The notes beneath the pieces are model-generated. The model ran no database searches. It was not told where the DNA came from and worked only from the letters and a program-made list of their open reading frames with translations. Shown here one piece after another: positions 49,904 through 60,677 of a stretch of 64,000 nt of DNA. Each line of letters begins with the position of its first letter. Position 1 is the stretch's first letter. The position numbers and the translations under genes were made by a program. Origin of the DNA: Candidatus Bathyarchaeota archaeon (GTDB taxonomy: Archaea; Thermoproteota; Bathyarchaeia; Bathyarchaeales; Bathycorpusculaceae); contig OY970176.1 of the NCBI GenBank assembly GCA_963707955.1, positions 288,001-352,000 on the forward strand. The letters run 5' to 3'.

Positions 49904-51334
49904 TCAAGTAACGCTGCGCATGCCTTCTCTAATACTGCCCATGTGTTCAAGATTGTTTATCAGAGTTCTGACGCGGTAAGGACTCCTGATCAGTCTCGCG
50001 ATCTGTTTTGATATGAAACTCGGCCTTTTGACAAAGCGGTAGAAACCTTCATGTATCATTTGCCTTATTTCCTCGTAAGGGACTGCAGTCGGGCATATTT
50101 CTGAGACTGCGACGCCTGTCTCCCAATGATCTCCTTTCCTTAGAAACCCCCTAGTTTCGAGTTCATTCCACATGTCTGTTCCAGGAAAAACGCCCAATAT
50201 GTTGAACTGTGGCAGGTCTATCGGAATCCTGTTAGCAAACTCGATCGTGTTCTGAATTTCCTCTCTGGTCTCGTCAGGCGCGCCCACTATAAAAGACCCG
50301 ACTATCGCGTCTGCTCCCGCCTTTCTGGCCGTTCTCACCGCGGTCTTAGATTGTTCAGGCGTTATCCGCTTGTTGTAGTAATCCAGAATTCTTTGATTAG
50401 CGCTCTCGATGCCAAAGTACAAGATTTTACACCCCGCTCTCGCAATCTCCCAGAACATCTGGTAGGAAGCGTTACCCACTCTTCCCTCACAGATCCATTC
50501 GACATCCAGCTTTTCTTTTCTAATTCCTCTGCAAAGCTTGATCACATTCTTTGGGTTAGTGGTGAAATTGTCGTCAACAAAGATGAGCTGCCTATATCCT
50601 TCGGACGCAAGAAAACAAAGTTCTTCCAAAGTATTCTTCACGGATCTAGATCTCCATCTGTTGCGAGCAAACTGCGAACAAGAACAAAACCGGCATCGGT
50701 AAAAGCAGCCGCGGGAAGAAACGATGCTTGTGAACTTTCTTGGAGCAACATTTGCTCCAGCAATCACAGAGTGATAGTCCTCACTGATTAAGGCCCGGTC
50801 AGGAAAAGGAAGACAATCCAAGTCCTCTATTAAAGGCCTATCGGCCGTCGAAACGGCTGCACTTCCGTTCCTGAAACTGATTCCAAGAACTTCTTTAAGC
50901 CTGCGTCTGTTCTCGAACCAATCTACCAAATCGATGACTGTACGTTCTGCTTCTCCTCGTACAATGATGTCAACTGAAGGATATTTTCTCAGAATTCTTT
51001 CGGGATTAAACGTAGCGTAATAATTTCCGAACGTTATAATAACGTTCGGATTTTCCTTCTTAACCTCGCCGCTTATCACCGCGGCCGTGCGACCTGAGCT
51101 CGCAAAAGTTGAAAAACCAAGAATGTCAGGATCCTGAGCCTTTACCCAGCTAATCGTTTCCTTCAGCGTAAAACCTTCTGCTGCTTGATCAAGAACAGAA
51201 ACCTCAATGCCTCGCTCTTCCAAGACAGCAGCCAAATACAAGATGCCCAGAGGGGGCCACGCGCCGACAGACTTCTTCCCCTCACGTTCATCCAAATCTG
51301 CGTTCGGGCCAGCAGCAACGAAAGAAAACTTCAT
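49904..51334 (-). CDS. B12-binding radical SAM protein
   Basis: PPLGILYLAA, SSRGCFYRCRFC, FVDDNF, FGIES. Confidence 0.93.
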   Translation of the reverse strand: MKFSFVAAGPNADLDEREGKKSVGAWPPLGILYLAAVLEERGIEVSVLDQAAEGFTLKETISWVKAQDPDILGFSTFASSGRTAAVISGEVKKENPNVIITFGNYYATFNPERILRKYPSVDIIVRGEAERTVIDLVDWFENRRRLKEVLGISFRNGSAAVSTADRPLIEDLDCLPFPDRALISEDYHSVIAGANVAPRKFTSIVSSRGCFYRCRFCSCSQFARNRWRSRSVKNTLEELCFLASEGYRQLIFVDDNFTTNPKNVIKLCRGIRKEKLDVEWICEGRVGNASYQMFWEIARAGCKILYFGIESANQRILDYYNKRITPEQSKTAVRTARKAGADAIVGSFIVGAPDETREEIQNTIEFANRIPIDLPQFNILGVFPGTDMWNELETRGFLRKGDHWETGVAVSEICPTAVPYEEIRQMIHEGFYRFVKRPSFISKQIARLIRSPYRVRTLINNLEHMGSIREGMRSVT

Positions 51335-51459
51335 ACCCCGACCTACCCTCCCCCTCAAACTTGCGTGAAAAATACTATTATTCCTTTCTATAACCACCAG
51401 ACGCGAAAGTTCCCCGTTAATGGTTCTTCGCCCAGCGCGCGCGAATTCTCTCTTGGTCT

Positions 51460-51505
51460 TCAGACTCCGATGTTGTTAATCACGGCGCCTGAGCTGCCAT
51501 CTATT
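51460..51505 (-). pseudogene. 3'-end relic paralogous to 51733-52806
   Basis: IDGSSGAVINNIGV* vs IDANSGRVINSFGL*; bounded by (GC)n runs. Confidence 0.65.
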
Positions 51506-51598
51506 AGCGCGCGCTATACATATGCCTATCCCGATCTTGTGGTCGCCGTTTCTCTGAGCATCAAAAAAATGATGTGCACGAACAACAAAAAACCTCGA

Positions 51599-51617
51599 AT
51601 ATATATATATATATATA
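51599..51617. repeat. (AT)n microsatellite
   Basis: About 9 AT units. Confidence 0.9.
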
Positions 51618-51732
51618 CAAACGAAGGGGCTTTGTCATATCTTCCAATATTCTCTGCTGTCTCTCGCGCCCTATACTTGACCACAGTGATATAGTCGCGC
51701 GAGCGCGTAAGCGTAGAAGCGCGTTGCCGCTC

Positions 51733-52806
51733 TTAGAGGCCGAAGCTGTTGATCACTCTGCCAGAGTTGGCGTCAATGACCAACACGATTTTGTTCCCCT
51801 TGTGGTCGTACTTTGCGAACCATACTGGAGCGTGCAGTAGCTCCACGTCCCCAACGTCCGACTCGGTGTTTATCGACTGGATCATGTGATATTTCGCGTG
51901 CGCCTTTTGTGATTGGAGCTGATCGACCAGGGTCTTTGCCTGGGATTTGGCAACGTCTTCGCCGATGTCTCCGTTGAGGATCTTAACGTCTTTGGGTAAC
52001 TTGGAAATGTCAAACAGTGCTCTGCCTTCGAGATTGAATTGGTAGTCCCGCGGCTGATAGTCCGTGAGAGCCTTTAGCGCAATTACGGGGAAGTTGTAGT
52101 TCGTGTCCATTTGCTCGGTCTTTTTCATTCCGCCTCTGCCCATCCCCATTCCAAAAGCCATTATCCGTATCCGCTTCAACCCAAGAACACCGGTCAACAG
52201 GCCGCCTGTTCCAAATCCACCTTCAAAAGCGCGCCTGCCTCCTCCTCCGAAACCACCTCGCCTTCCTCCGCCGAAACCACCGCCCATCCCGCCGAATATC
52301 ACGCCCATCAACGCGGCAGTTGTAGCAGTCTGGGCAATTTGCGCGGTTTCATCAGTAGCGGTGATGCTCGTGCGGGCCGAGACGCTCACGATCCAGTAAG
52401 GCACGTATGTGAGGCTCATTTCCTCCTGCTTGGAGTCTTCGTGAAGGTGTCTGTGCAGAAGACCCTTATCCATCATCGGCGTAATTATTTTATTCACTTC
52501 GTCAACGCTGGCGACCTTCAAAAGAAGCATTGTCTGCTTCTGTATGTCAGTCCAACCTTGGGTTCCCAGAGTAACTGCGCTGCCACAATACTCGCAGGTT
52601 ATGACCATCTCTCCAAACTTGGGCGCGATAGGAGCACCGCAACTCGGACATTTCAACGATGCTACCCCAGAAGGCGCAACAACAGGCGAAACCGAAGCTA
52701 CAGCTGCTTTAGGCGTAGTTAATGTTGTGCTTGTTCCACATTTTTCACAGAACGCTGCATCATCTGGAATCTGAGCACCACAATTGTGACAAATCAAATT
52801 TTTCAC
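51733..52806 (-). CDS. Multi-zinc-ribbon protein with Gly/Arg-rich insert
   Basis: CHNC, CEKC, CPSC, CEYC; YVPYW; GGGFGGGRRGG repeats. Confidence 0.85.
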   Translation of the reverse strand: MKNLICHNCGAQIPDDAAFCEKCGTSTTLTTPKAAVASVSPVVAPSGVASLKCPSCGAPIAPKFGEMVITCEYCGSAVTLGTQGWTDIQKQTMLLLKVASVDEVNKIITPMMDKGLLHRHLHEDSKQEEMSLTYVPYWIVSVSARTSITATDETAQIAQTATTAALMGVIFGGMGGGFGGGRRGGFGGGGRRAFEGGFGTGGLLTGVLGLKRIRIMAFGMGMGRGGMKKTEQMDTNYNFPVIALKALTDYQPRDYQFNLEGRALFDISKLPKDVKILNGDIGEDVAKSQAKTLVDQLQSQKAHAKYHMIQSINTESDVGDVELLHAPVWFAKYDHKGNKIVLVIDANSGRVINSFGL

Positions 52807-53257
52807 CGAATTCTTATAGAAACAGTTATTTTGCTTTCTCTTAAATTTTCCTAATAACTAAGCTAAATTCTTTCATGATAAATAAACAATAGACCTTAGT
52901 TCTAATTAGGTTTTTGGCTGTGAAACGAAGTTTTTATTAGGTTATAGGTTAAATATTTTGTTTTTGAGCTGTTTGCGTGATGAACTATGACGGATTATCT
53001 AAAAAACCTTCGATTTTCAGGTATTTTTCAGGATCAGAATTGACCGAATTTGACGCCTTAAACTTGAAGATAACAGAGCGCGCGCTATTGTTGGAATCTA
53101 GAGGACCAAACGACATCCAGCGATCCTTGTTTTCCGGACGCAGAAGTGTATAAGTCAAGTATCTTGCCTTTGACATGTTTGAGAGGAAAACTCTGGGTTT
53201 AAATAGCCAAAAACCGAAACCCTTCTTAAGGCTCGAATCACGTCGTAGCCGAAGTGT

Positions 53258-54211
53258 TTGACGAAGAGGCCTGAAGTCTTGAAGGAATACCTAATCGGAG
53301 CCGGCGGATGGGCTTATTTTCAAGTTCCAGGAGTCAACTCCTTAGGAGCGTATTCTAAGGTTTTCAACTTTGTGGAAGTAAACTCGACGTTCTACCAGAT
53401 ACCTCCCTTGAATGAAGTGGAAAAGTGGAGAAGGCTGGTGCCGCCAGATTTTCAATTCAGCGTCAGAGCGCATCGCTCAATCACCCACACCTACAAGTTC
53501 CAACCCGTACAACAGGCCATTGAAACTCTTGAAAAAATGAGAAAGATATGTCAGGTTCTAAAAGCGAATATCCTACACTTTCAAGTTCCGCGATCATTCA
53601 GGCTGAATCGAGCATCAGTTAAAGACCTTCGTCTCCTCTTGTACTCACTGGACCTTGGGAACGTGCGAGTGGCCCTCGAAGCAAGACAAGCAGCTGGTCA
53701 AGTGCTGCCACCGGAACTCTTGAAGATCATGCAAGACAAGAACATCGTACACTGTGTGGATTTGTCGAAAGGCGAGGAACCCGCTTACGAGTCAGACCTA
53801 CTGTACACCAGACTCTTCGGAAAGGGGCAACACAACATTTACCAGCCAACGGATGGAGAACTGGTCGAAATAGATCGGAGGGCCTCCGCGTCAAAGTCCC
53901 AGAAAGTGGCCATGAGCTTTCATTTTGTAAGAATGTACAAAGACGCTGTAAGGTTGAAGAAGTACAAGCAGACGGGCAAGTTTCCGATGATCACAAGGTC
54001 AACGGGCATCTCTTCCCTTGAAGAGGTTCTTAGAGAAGACGCAGAATTTCCTGCCACGAAACAACAGCTTATCCGCAAGCAAGGATGGAAACTCTTCGAC
54101 ATGACAGAAACGGTAAGAGCCCACGCAGAGGAAGCCCTCCAAGAACTTCCTGAAGGGACCTACAACAACATCGCTGAAGTGATGGACAAATTAGAACATA
54201 TCACCCGGTGA
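53258..54211 (+). CDS. DUF72 protein with C-terminal DUF2795-like helical domain
   Basis: IGAGGW, VEVNSTFY; FPATKQQLI...LPEGTY. Confidence 0.8.
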   Translation: MTKRPEVLKEYLIGAGGWAYFQVPGVNSLGAYSKVFNFVEVNSTFYQIPPLNEVEKWRRLVPPDFQFSVRAHRSITHTYKFQPVQQAIETLEKMRKICQVLKANILHFQVPRSFRLNRASVKDLRLLLYSLDLGNVRVALEARQAAGQVLPPELLKIMQDKNIVHCVDLSKGEEPAYESDLLYTRLFGKGQHNIYQPTDGELVEIDRRASASKSQKVAMSFHFVRMYKDAVRLKKYKQTGKFPMITRSTGISSLEEVLREDAEFPATKQQLIRKQGWKLFDMTETVRAHAEEALQELPEGTYNNIAEVMDKLEHITR

Positions 54212-55399
54212 TCAGCTTGGCTGAAATCTCCAAAAAAGTTTTCTTGGGCACATCCGGATGGAGCTACAAGGAATGGATAGGCCCTTTCTACACCAAAATG
54301 GACAAGAGCATGCTCCGCGCCTACACAAGAGTCTTCAAGACCGTTGAGATCGACTCCACATTCTACCGCTATCCTTCAAAAGGCACCGGCATGGGTTGGA
54401 CCAGATACTCACCCGAAGGCTTCGTCTACACAGCCAAACTGCCGGGTCTAATCACACATGAGAAGAAACTCGAGCTTGCACGAGACATTGAGGAAGATCT
54501 GCAGAGATTCCTAGAACTAATGGAACCGCTCTCCCTAAGCGGCAAACTAGGCTGCATACTTATCCAACTCCCTCCAAGGTTTGACTACAGGCCAAAGCAG
54601 CTGGAAGACTTCTTCAAATTGCTACCTACCCACGTGAAATTCGCAGTCGAGTTCCGAGACCTCTCATGGATGCGAAGCGAAACATGGGCCCTCCTCGAGA
54701 AATACAAGGTAGCATACACAATCGTCGATGAACCACTTTTACCTCCAGAGACGCACTTGACATCTCAGATCGCCTATTTCCGGTGGCACGGACAAGGAAC
54801 GAGACCATGGTACAACTACTGCTATCGCGCCGAAGAGCTTCGGCCTTGGGCTCCCAGAGTTCAACAAGTTGCTGACAAGGTCGAAAAAGTCTACGGTTAC
54901 TTCAACAACCATTATCATGGTTACGCAGTTGAGAACTGTCTGCAAATAATGGAAATGGTTGGAGCTCTAGAGCCAAAGCAAATCGAAATCAAAAACAGGA
55001 TAGAAAGCTACCGCAAAGCTGCAACTCAGACGACTTATTCCACTCTTGAAGCCTTTGCTGCACCCAAGAGCATGAATTTTGAGAGTCTTATAAGCTACTT
55101 CGTTCCTCCAGAAAGGTTGAAGAGAGCTGAACAGATCCCGGACAGCGACCTGACTTACCAAGCAGGTAAGTGAAAGGCTTGAAGCGAGATTGAGAGAATA
55201 TCACATAGTGATAGACGCAAGACAAAAGATCATCCTTCATGACTGGGCAGACTGGGAACGAGTCTCTTCAACAAAAAAACTCTGCAAGCACCTCGCAAAA
55301 CTGCTATTGTCAATTGACAGAGAACAAGCTAATGGGATACTCAGAGATCTTTACCAACAGGAAGAAGCATGGCAGTTCAAACCTTACCAATTTAGATGA
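54208..55399 (+). CDS. DUF72 protein with C-terminal SWIM-like domain; frameshift near 55155
   Basis: GTSGWSY, VEIDSTFY, YFRWHG, YFNNH; second frame HDWADW...LCKH. Confidence 0.78.
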
Positions 55400-55686
55400 C
55401 AAAACATCCTTTTCACCGATCCTGTCTTTCTGTAAACCCTAAATGTTGGTTTTGCGCGCGTAATGCCACTCCTCAGCTCAATGCCCGATCACCATATCCA
55501 ACCTGCTCAAGTGTCAGTCCAAACTCCTAGACGAAGCACGTTAGAAAATCTTGCGATGGAAAAAACCTAGTTAAGAGGCGTCCATGTGCTAGTGGGCCCG
55601 CGGCGCATGGCTCAGCTCCCACGCCGAGAACCGCATTTTGCTAACCTTCATCCTTCAAAGAGACTATAAAAAAAGGGGTTTGACTG

Positions 55687-55926
55687 CTACTTCGCGTCCT
55701 CCGAAGACATCAATGTGAGCGTGGCCCTGACGTTGTTCACTTTTCTGATGCGAACGGTCACAATCTCCTTGAGCCTGTCCATAGTTTCCGCCTTCACCTT
55801 CGCAACTATGTCATAAGTCCCGTAGACAGCAAAGACCTCATCTACACCCTCGACCTTCTTCAAATCCTTCAAAACATCCGTTTCAGACCCTAGCTCCGTG
55901 TTGATCAAGACGAAAGCCGTTGGCAT
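55687..55926 (-). CDS. Stand-alone Lrp/AsnC ligand-binding domain protein
   Basis: AFVLIN, VYGTYDIV. Confidence 0.9.
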   Translation of the reverse strand: MPTAFVLINTELGSETDVLKDLKKVEGVDEVFAVYGTYDIVAKVKAETMDRLKEIVTVRIRKVNNVRATLTLMSSEDAK

Positions 55927-56037
55927 CCAAACTTCCCCTTGTCTACTGTCTGCGTGTCAGAATAAAATATTTGCTCCTTATATAAATGGTGACCACAAGC
56001 CTTCAAGAGTCATGGCATGGTGATAGATTTCCACGGA

Positions 56038-57375
56038 CTAAACCTTGTACTCCTTTCCTTTCTCAGGCAGCACCACTTTACCCGTAAGGTCTCGCGTGAA
56101 CTTGCCGAACAGCTCAGCGTTCTCCGTATGAATTGGGAAAACCTTCACTGCATCAATCTCCTTAAGAATCGATTTCAGCTGCAACGGCATGATGTGACCC
56201 GAAACGTAAACCTGATACTGTGGCAGACCATAATGTCCAAGCCAGTTGACAAGCCTCTCAAAATCGATCTCCATCTCCTCATTAAACGGTTCCGATGCAG
56301 ACAAAACATAACAGTCTCCCGGCCTCTGGTCGCAGCTCAACCAACTCCTCCAAATCATAGGATGACAATGCCAACACAACCCTACACTGCTGCTTCGAAA
56401 GATCGAAGGCACTCTTCGCCTTGCCACCGTACCGTTCTAGGATCTGCTTTTCCCACGCGTAGCTTGTGACCTTTGATTTTCGAAAAATCAACAGTTCTCA
56501 TCGTTCAAGTCTGGAAGGCTCAGGCCCCTGTCAGCGCGGAGAGCGTTCAACAAGGATGCTTGCCTAAGTGAGATCGCAAGACAACGCCCGTTGTTCTTGG
56601 CAACTCGGAAGAAACTGTTAAAACGGTCCACATCTCCATAAGCAAACTCTGCAAGCGCAATCCCATTTGCCTCTTCGACGATGGCGTTCAGCTTGTTTTC
56701 AACTTCATCTTCCGAAGACACGTGTGCACTGGTCATGTTCGTGGCTTCTGTGACAACTGCCACAGGGTCCGCTTCACTTGCTTTCCGAGCAAAATCATCT
56801 GTCATCTCACGTTTCGCGCCATGATGCCTGAAATCTCCCGTGTAAACTATCGCACCACTTGACGTGTGAACAACGAAACCATAAGCGCCTGGAACAGAAT
56901 GATCGACGTGAACCGGCTCGACCTCTACATTTCCAACATGGATCTTGTCGCCTGTCCTGAAGGGTCTGAAGTTCAACCCCTCGATGTTAAACTCCAAATC
57001 CGCTCGGCGCATCTTGCTCAGCGCTTGCAGGATGATCCTTGTTGTCTCGCCGCAGTAAACTGGGATCTCACGTTTGATAAAGGAGAGGTAAGCGGAGTGA
57101 TCTAAGTGTGCGTGAGACACGAAGACGGCGTCCACTTCCGGAGCCTTCTCATCGAACCTATAGACTCCATCAAGTTTGGGCAGGATTCCAAATTCCTGCA
57201 AGCTTCTTTCGCTCTTGGGAGACAAGAAAGGTGGTGAATAGAACAGTTTTTTCATGCTGAACGACATGCCGAAGTCGAAGAAAATCCTGGTTTCTCCATC
57301 CTTGACTAGAATCTTGTTCCCGCCGATCTCGTTCACTCCACCGTAAAAGGCCAAAGTCGTTTCACGCTTGACCAT
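56038..57375 (-). CDS. MBL/beta-CASP hydrolase (RNase J-like); frameshifts near 56493 and 56317
   Basis: GGVNEIGGN, SHAHLDH, VDHS, YTGDFR, VSGH, PIHTE spread over three frames. Confidence 0.82.
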
Positions 57376-57377
57376 GC

Positions 57378-59084
57378 CTACGCCTTCATCTTGTCTGCTT
57401 TCCTGCAGACGCTTGAGAGAATAAACATTATGTGCGGAAAAGTGAACACGCTGAAAACCTTCGTGTACTTTGGGCTGCCAGCTTTCCTGACAGTGACAAC
57501 GTTTCCTCCGCCATCCAAATATCCCCTGATAAAAGTCTCAGCGAACTTCTCCAGCCTTCTAGCTTCAACGAACGGAGAAATGTTATGTCCTGAATAGTAG
57601 AGGAATTCGGCAAGGTCCCAAACCGCGTCTCCGTTTCGACTTGCCTGCTCAAAATCCATCAGGCATATTTGACCTTCCTTTCCAATGAGGACATTCTCAG
57701 GTTTCGTGTCACCCAGCGCAATACCCAGAGCATGCACACCTGCAAGCGTTTTCCCAATTCTTGCGACCACATCTAGATCTTTCGCAACCTCATCAGAATT
57801 CGTCGAACTCGCAACCTCCTTCACGACCCTTCCAACATCCTCTCCTTCGAAATACTCCATGACTATCAACCGGTCGCCAGGACTCACGTGCAGAACTTTA
57901 GGGACGACGAAACCGTTTGAATCCAACAATCGACTGATAGCGCATTCCCTTTCGAGTCTTGAGCTGCCTGAAACCGCGAAGGTTCGCGTCCCAACAGACC
58001 ACAACGTGAGAGGAAACCATTTGAAATTCGACCAGTCCCTGAATCGCTTGACGACTGCTTTCCTAAGCTTGCCTCCAGCAAGCGTCTTTACCAGATAAAC
58101 ATCGTTCAGGATGCCACCCATATTCTCAACCATGACCTCGGCATTCGCATCAGCTGAAAACACTTTTCTGGCGACTGCTTCTATGTCTAATCTGCTCGCG
58201 AGCGGCACTAAACCGGTTGCCGTCGGAACATAAACGTAGTTCTCAGGATCCTCGAACCTCTGCCAAATCCTTGAATCCTCACCGAAAGCCCTCTGAATGC
58301 CAGAGAAAAGCTCCCTGTTCTGTGAAAGCGCGTTCATAATCTGCGGGAAGAGACCGAGCAAGGACGTAAATAAAGCTCTTTGGCCTGTCTTGAAAAGGTC
58401 GGTAAAACGTACCCTGCGACTTCGCGAATCGTCGACAAACTTCTTTGAAATTCTCACGTAGCCTTTCGAGTGGTAAACTATGCCGTCTTCTTCAAGCTGC
58501 TTCAATGCTTCGACAAAACCGTGAAGAGAGCACTCCACACCCATTTCACCATCCTTTTTTCCTAGGAGACTCGTCAGGGCATACATTGTCGGTGGAAAAA
58601 GTCGGCCTCTCATCAACAGGGTTTCATACATGAAATACTCTGGTTTAATGTGCAATTCGTACGAGAGTTCTGGGAAATCGATAACCAGACTCTGCAAAAG
58701 TTCGGCAACCAAGCGTTTCTTCAACTTTACCTCCTGCGAGTGCAAGTACGGCTCATTCACTAAGGTTGCATATGGGAAGGTAAGTGCACCGGCCAAAGCT
58801 TCGCCCAGCAATCCCTTGTCTACGTCTCTTTCAAAAACCCACTTGTCAACTGCTGAAACGGTAACGTAGCTTGCACCCAGAACCTTGACGTAATTCATCA
58901 GCCTCGGCTGAAAACCGCGTAGAATGACTAGCACCTGAAGAACCGTTTTCGTCGTGGGCAATGGTGAGGCGTAATCGCTTCTTGCACAAGCGGCAATAAC
59001 GTGTGAAGAGCCTGCGACATGTCTGCAAAAGTCGAGAACTTCTTCAGTCAGTTTCGGATCTGGGTGCAATGTGCCCTGAACCAA
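57378..59084 (-). CDS. Degenerate nucleotidyltransferase-like N-terminus fused to a Bud32/Kdo-type kinase domain
   Basis: VVKRF, LGDTKPENVL, MDFEQA. Confidence 0.7.
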   Translation of the reverse strand: MVQGTLHPDPKLTEEVLDFCRHVAGSSHVIAACARSDYASPLPTTKTVLQVLVILRGFQPRLMNYVKVLGASYVTVSAVDKWVFERDVDKGLLGEALAGALTFPYATLVNEPYLHSQEVKLKKRLVAELLQSLVIDFPELSYELHIKPEYFMYETLLMRGRLFPPTMYALTSLLGKKDGEMGVECSLHGFVEALKQLEEDGIVYHSKGYVRISKKFVDDSRSRRVRFTDLFKTGQRALFTSLLGLFPQIMNALSQNRELFSGIQRAFGEDSRIWQRFEDPENYVYVPTATGLVPLASRLDIEAVARKVFSADANAEVMVENMGGILNDVYLVKTLAGGKLRKAVVKRFRDWSNFKWFPLTLWSVGTRTFAVSGSSRLERECAISRLLDSNGFVVPKVLHVSPGDRLIVMEYFEGEDVGRVVKEVASSTNSDEVAKDLDVVARIGKTLAGVHALGIALGDTKPENVLIGKEGQICLMDFEQASRNGDAVWDLAEFLYYSGHNISPFVEARRLEKFAETFIRGYLDGGGNVVTVRKAGSPKYTKVFSVFTFPHIMFILSSVCRKADKMKA

Positions 59085-59190
59085 CTTTTCACCCTGAACG
59101 AGGACTATGATCTCAAGTACAATCTAAGTCTCTACGAGATATATTTGATGCATCCAACTTCACCCAAAGAAACCGCGTCAACAATGAGAC

Positions 59191-60552
59191 CTAATCCTTT
59201 CTTTCACGAATCATTGCGTAAGCTCTCAACACTCGCATTGCCCTCGCCGCTTTCTCGGGCAGATTATACAGCGGAACACTTGACCGACCCAGCACCTCAA
59301 ACACTTTTGCGAAATCCTCTCCGCCAGCTGGAACATCCACAACTGGTTTGCGAGGAAACCTTGAGGCTATTCTTGGAATTACCCTAGAGTCCTTCGGTTC
59401 AAAGAACGTAGATTTGAGCATATTGATCACTAGCACGCCGTCCACGTTCTTGTCCGCAAGTATAAGCTCGAGCACCTTCTTGTATCTTTCAGCCTTTGCA
59501 TCAGCAATCAAGTCTATAGGATTGCGGGCGTCCACCCCTGGATATAGACGCTCGATTTCCTTCTTTGTCCCAGAAGACAAGTCTGCAAGCTTCAGACCGT
59601 TCCTTTCAACTGCGTCCGCCGCCAGTATGGCCGGCCCTCCAACGTTACTCACGATTGCCACGTTGTCTCCGAGCATCGGTGGCTGTTTAGACAGCGCAAT
59701 GGCCATGTCCATAAGTTCCTCGATGTTTTCCACCCTGATTACACCTGCTTTCTTGAAAGCGGCATCAAAAACCTCGTTTGACCCGGCTATTGAAGCCGTG
59801 TGCGATTTTGCCCTCTGCGCCGACTCACGGGTGACTCCCCCTTTGAGAACCAAAATGGGCTTTCGCTTTACGATCCTTCTCGCCTCGTCAATGAATTCTC
59901 TGCCGTTCTTGACCCCTTCCATGTAGAGACATATCACTTTCGTTTTCCTGTCCTTTTTGAGATACCGCAGCAAATCAACGTCATTCACGTCAACCTTGTC
60001 GCCTACAAAAGCAAATTTGCTGATTCCGACGTTGAAGAAGCATGCCCAGTCGAGCAGGCAGGCGCCGACCCCGCCGCTCTGGGATATGACTGCGATGCTA
60101 CCCTTTTCGGGCATGAGGTCTATTTCAAAGGTCGTGTTCAATCCGTTGGCAGTGTTCAGTGCACCCATAATCGTGTTTGGGCCGAGGATTCTGGTGCCAT
60201 ACTTCTCCTTAAGTCTTAGAAGACTGGCGCGCTGATTTTCTTTGTAGCCACCAGTGATCATGACAAGGGCTTTGACACCTACCTTGGCGCACTCAACTGC
60301 TTGGGCGACCGAAAGTTCGGGTGGAAGCATTATAACTGCAAGGTCAGGTACTTCTGGCAGCTTGATGAGGTTCTTGTAGCCAGCTCGGCCATCGATGTCT
60401 ACGACATAGGCTTTATTGCGGTAGAACCTCTTCATGTTGTACGTAACATTGCCGAAGAGCTGAGGTGAGGTCATCCCGACCTTTTCTCGAATCTTGCTGG
60501 AGCCTATCAGTACGGCCGATTTCGGCTCAAAGATGGCGTCGACTTTGTCCAT
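59191..60552 (-). CDS. acdA: Acyl-CoA synthetase (NDP-forming) alpha subunit
   Basis: ILGPN, SQSGG, SHTASIAG, NVGGP, NPIDL. Confidence 0.88.
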   Translation of the reverse strand: MDKVDAIFEPKSAVLIGSSKIREKVGMTSPQLFGNVTYNMKRFYRNKAYVVDIDGRAGYKNLIKLPEVPDLAVIMLPPELSVAQAVECAKVGVKALVMITGGYKENQRASLLRLKEKYGTRILGPNTIMGALNTANGLNTTFEIDLMPEKGSIAVISQSGGVGACLLDWACFFNVGISKFAFVGDKVDVNDVDLLRYLKKDRKTKVICLYMEGVKNGREFIDEARRIVKRKPILVLKGGVTRESAQRAKSHTASIAGSNEVFDAAFKKAGVIRVENIEELMDMAIALSKQPPMLGDNVAIVSNVGGPAILAADAVERNGLKLADLSSGTKKEIERLYPGVDARNPIDLIADAKAERYKKVLELILADKNVDGVLVINMLKSTFFEPKDSRVIPRIASRFPRKPVVDVPAGGEDFAKVFEVLGRSSVPLYNLPEKAARAMRVLRAYAMIRERKD

Positions 60553-60677
60553 GGGTGTACCCTTCAGACCGAAGGTTCAAGGGTAGAAGGAAACAAGATA
60601 TGTTGTCCGTATTCATAAACCTAACCATGGAAAGCATGCTTGAATGTTACTATGCGCGCTCTATTATTCCTTAATAA

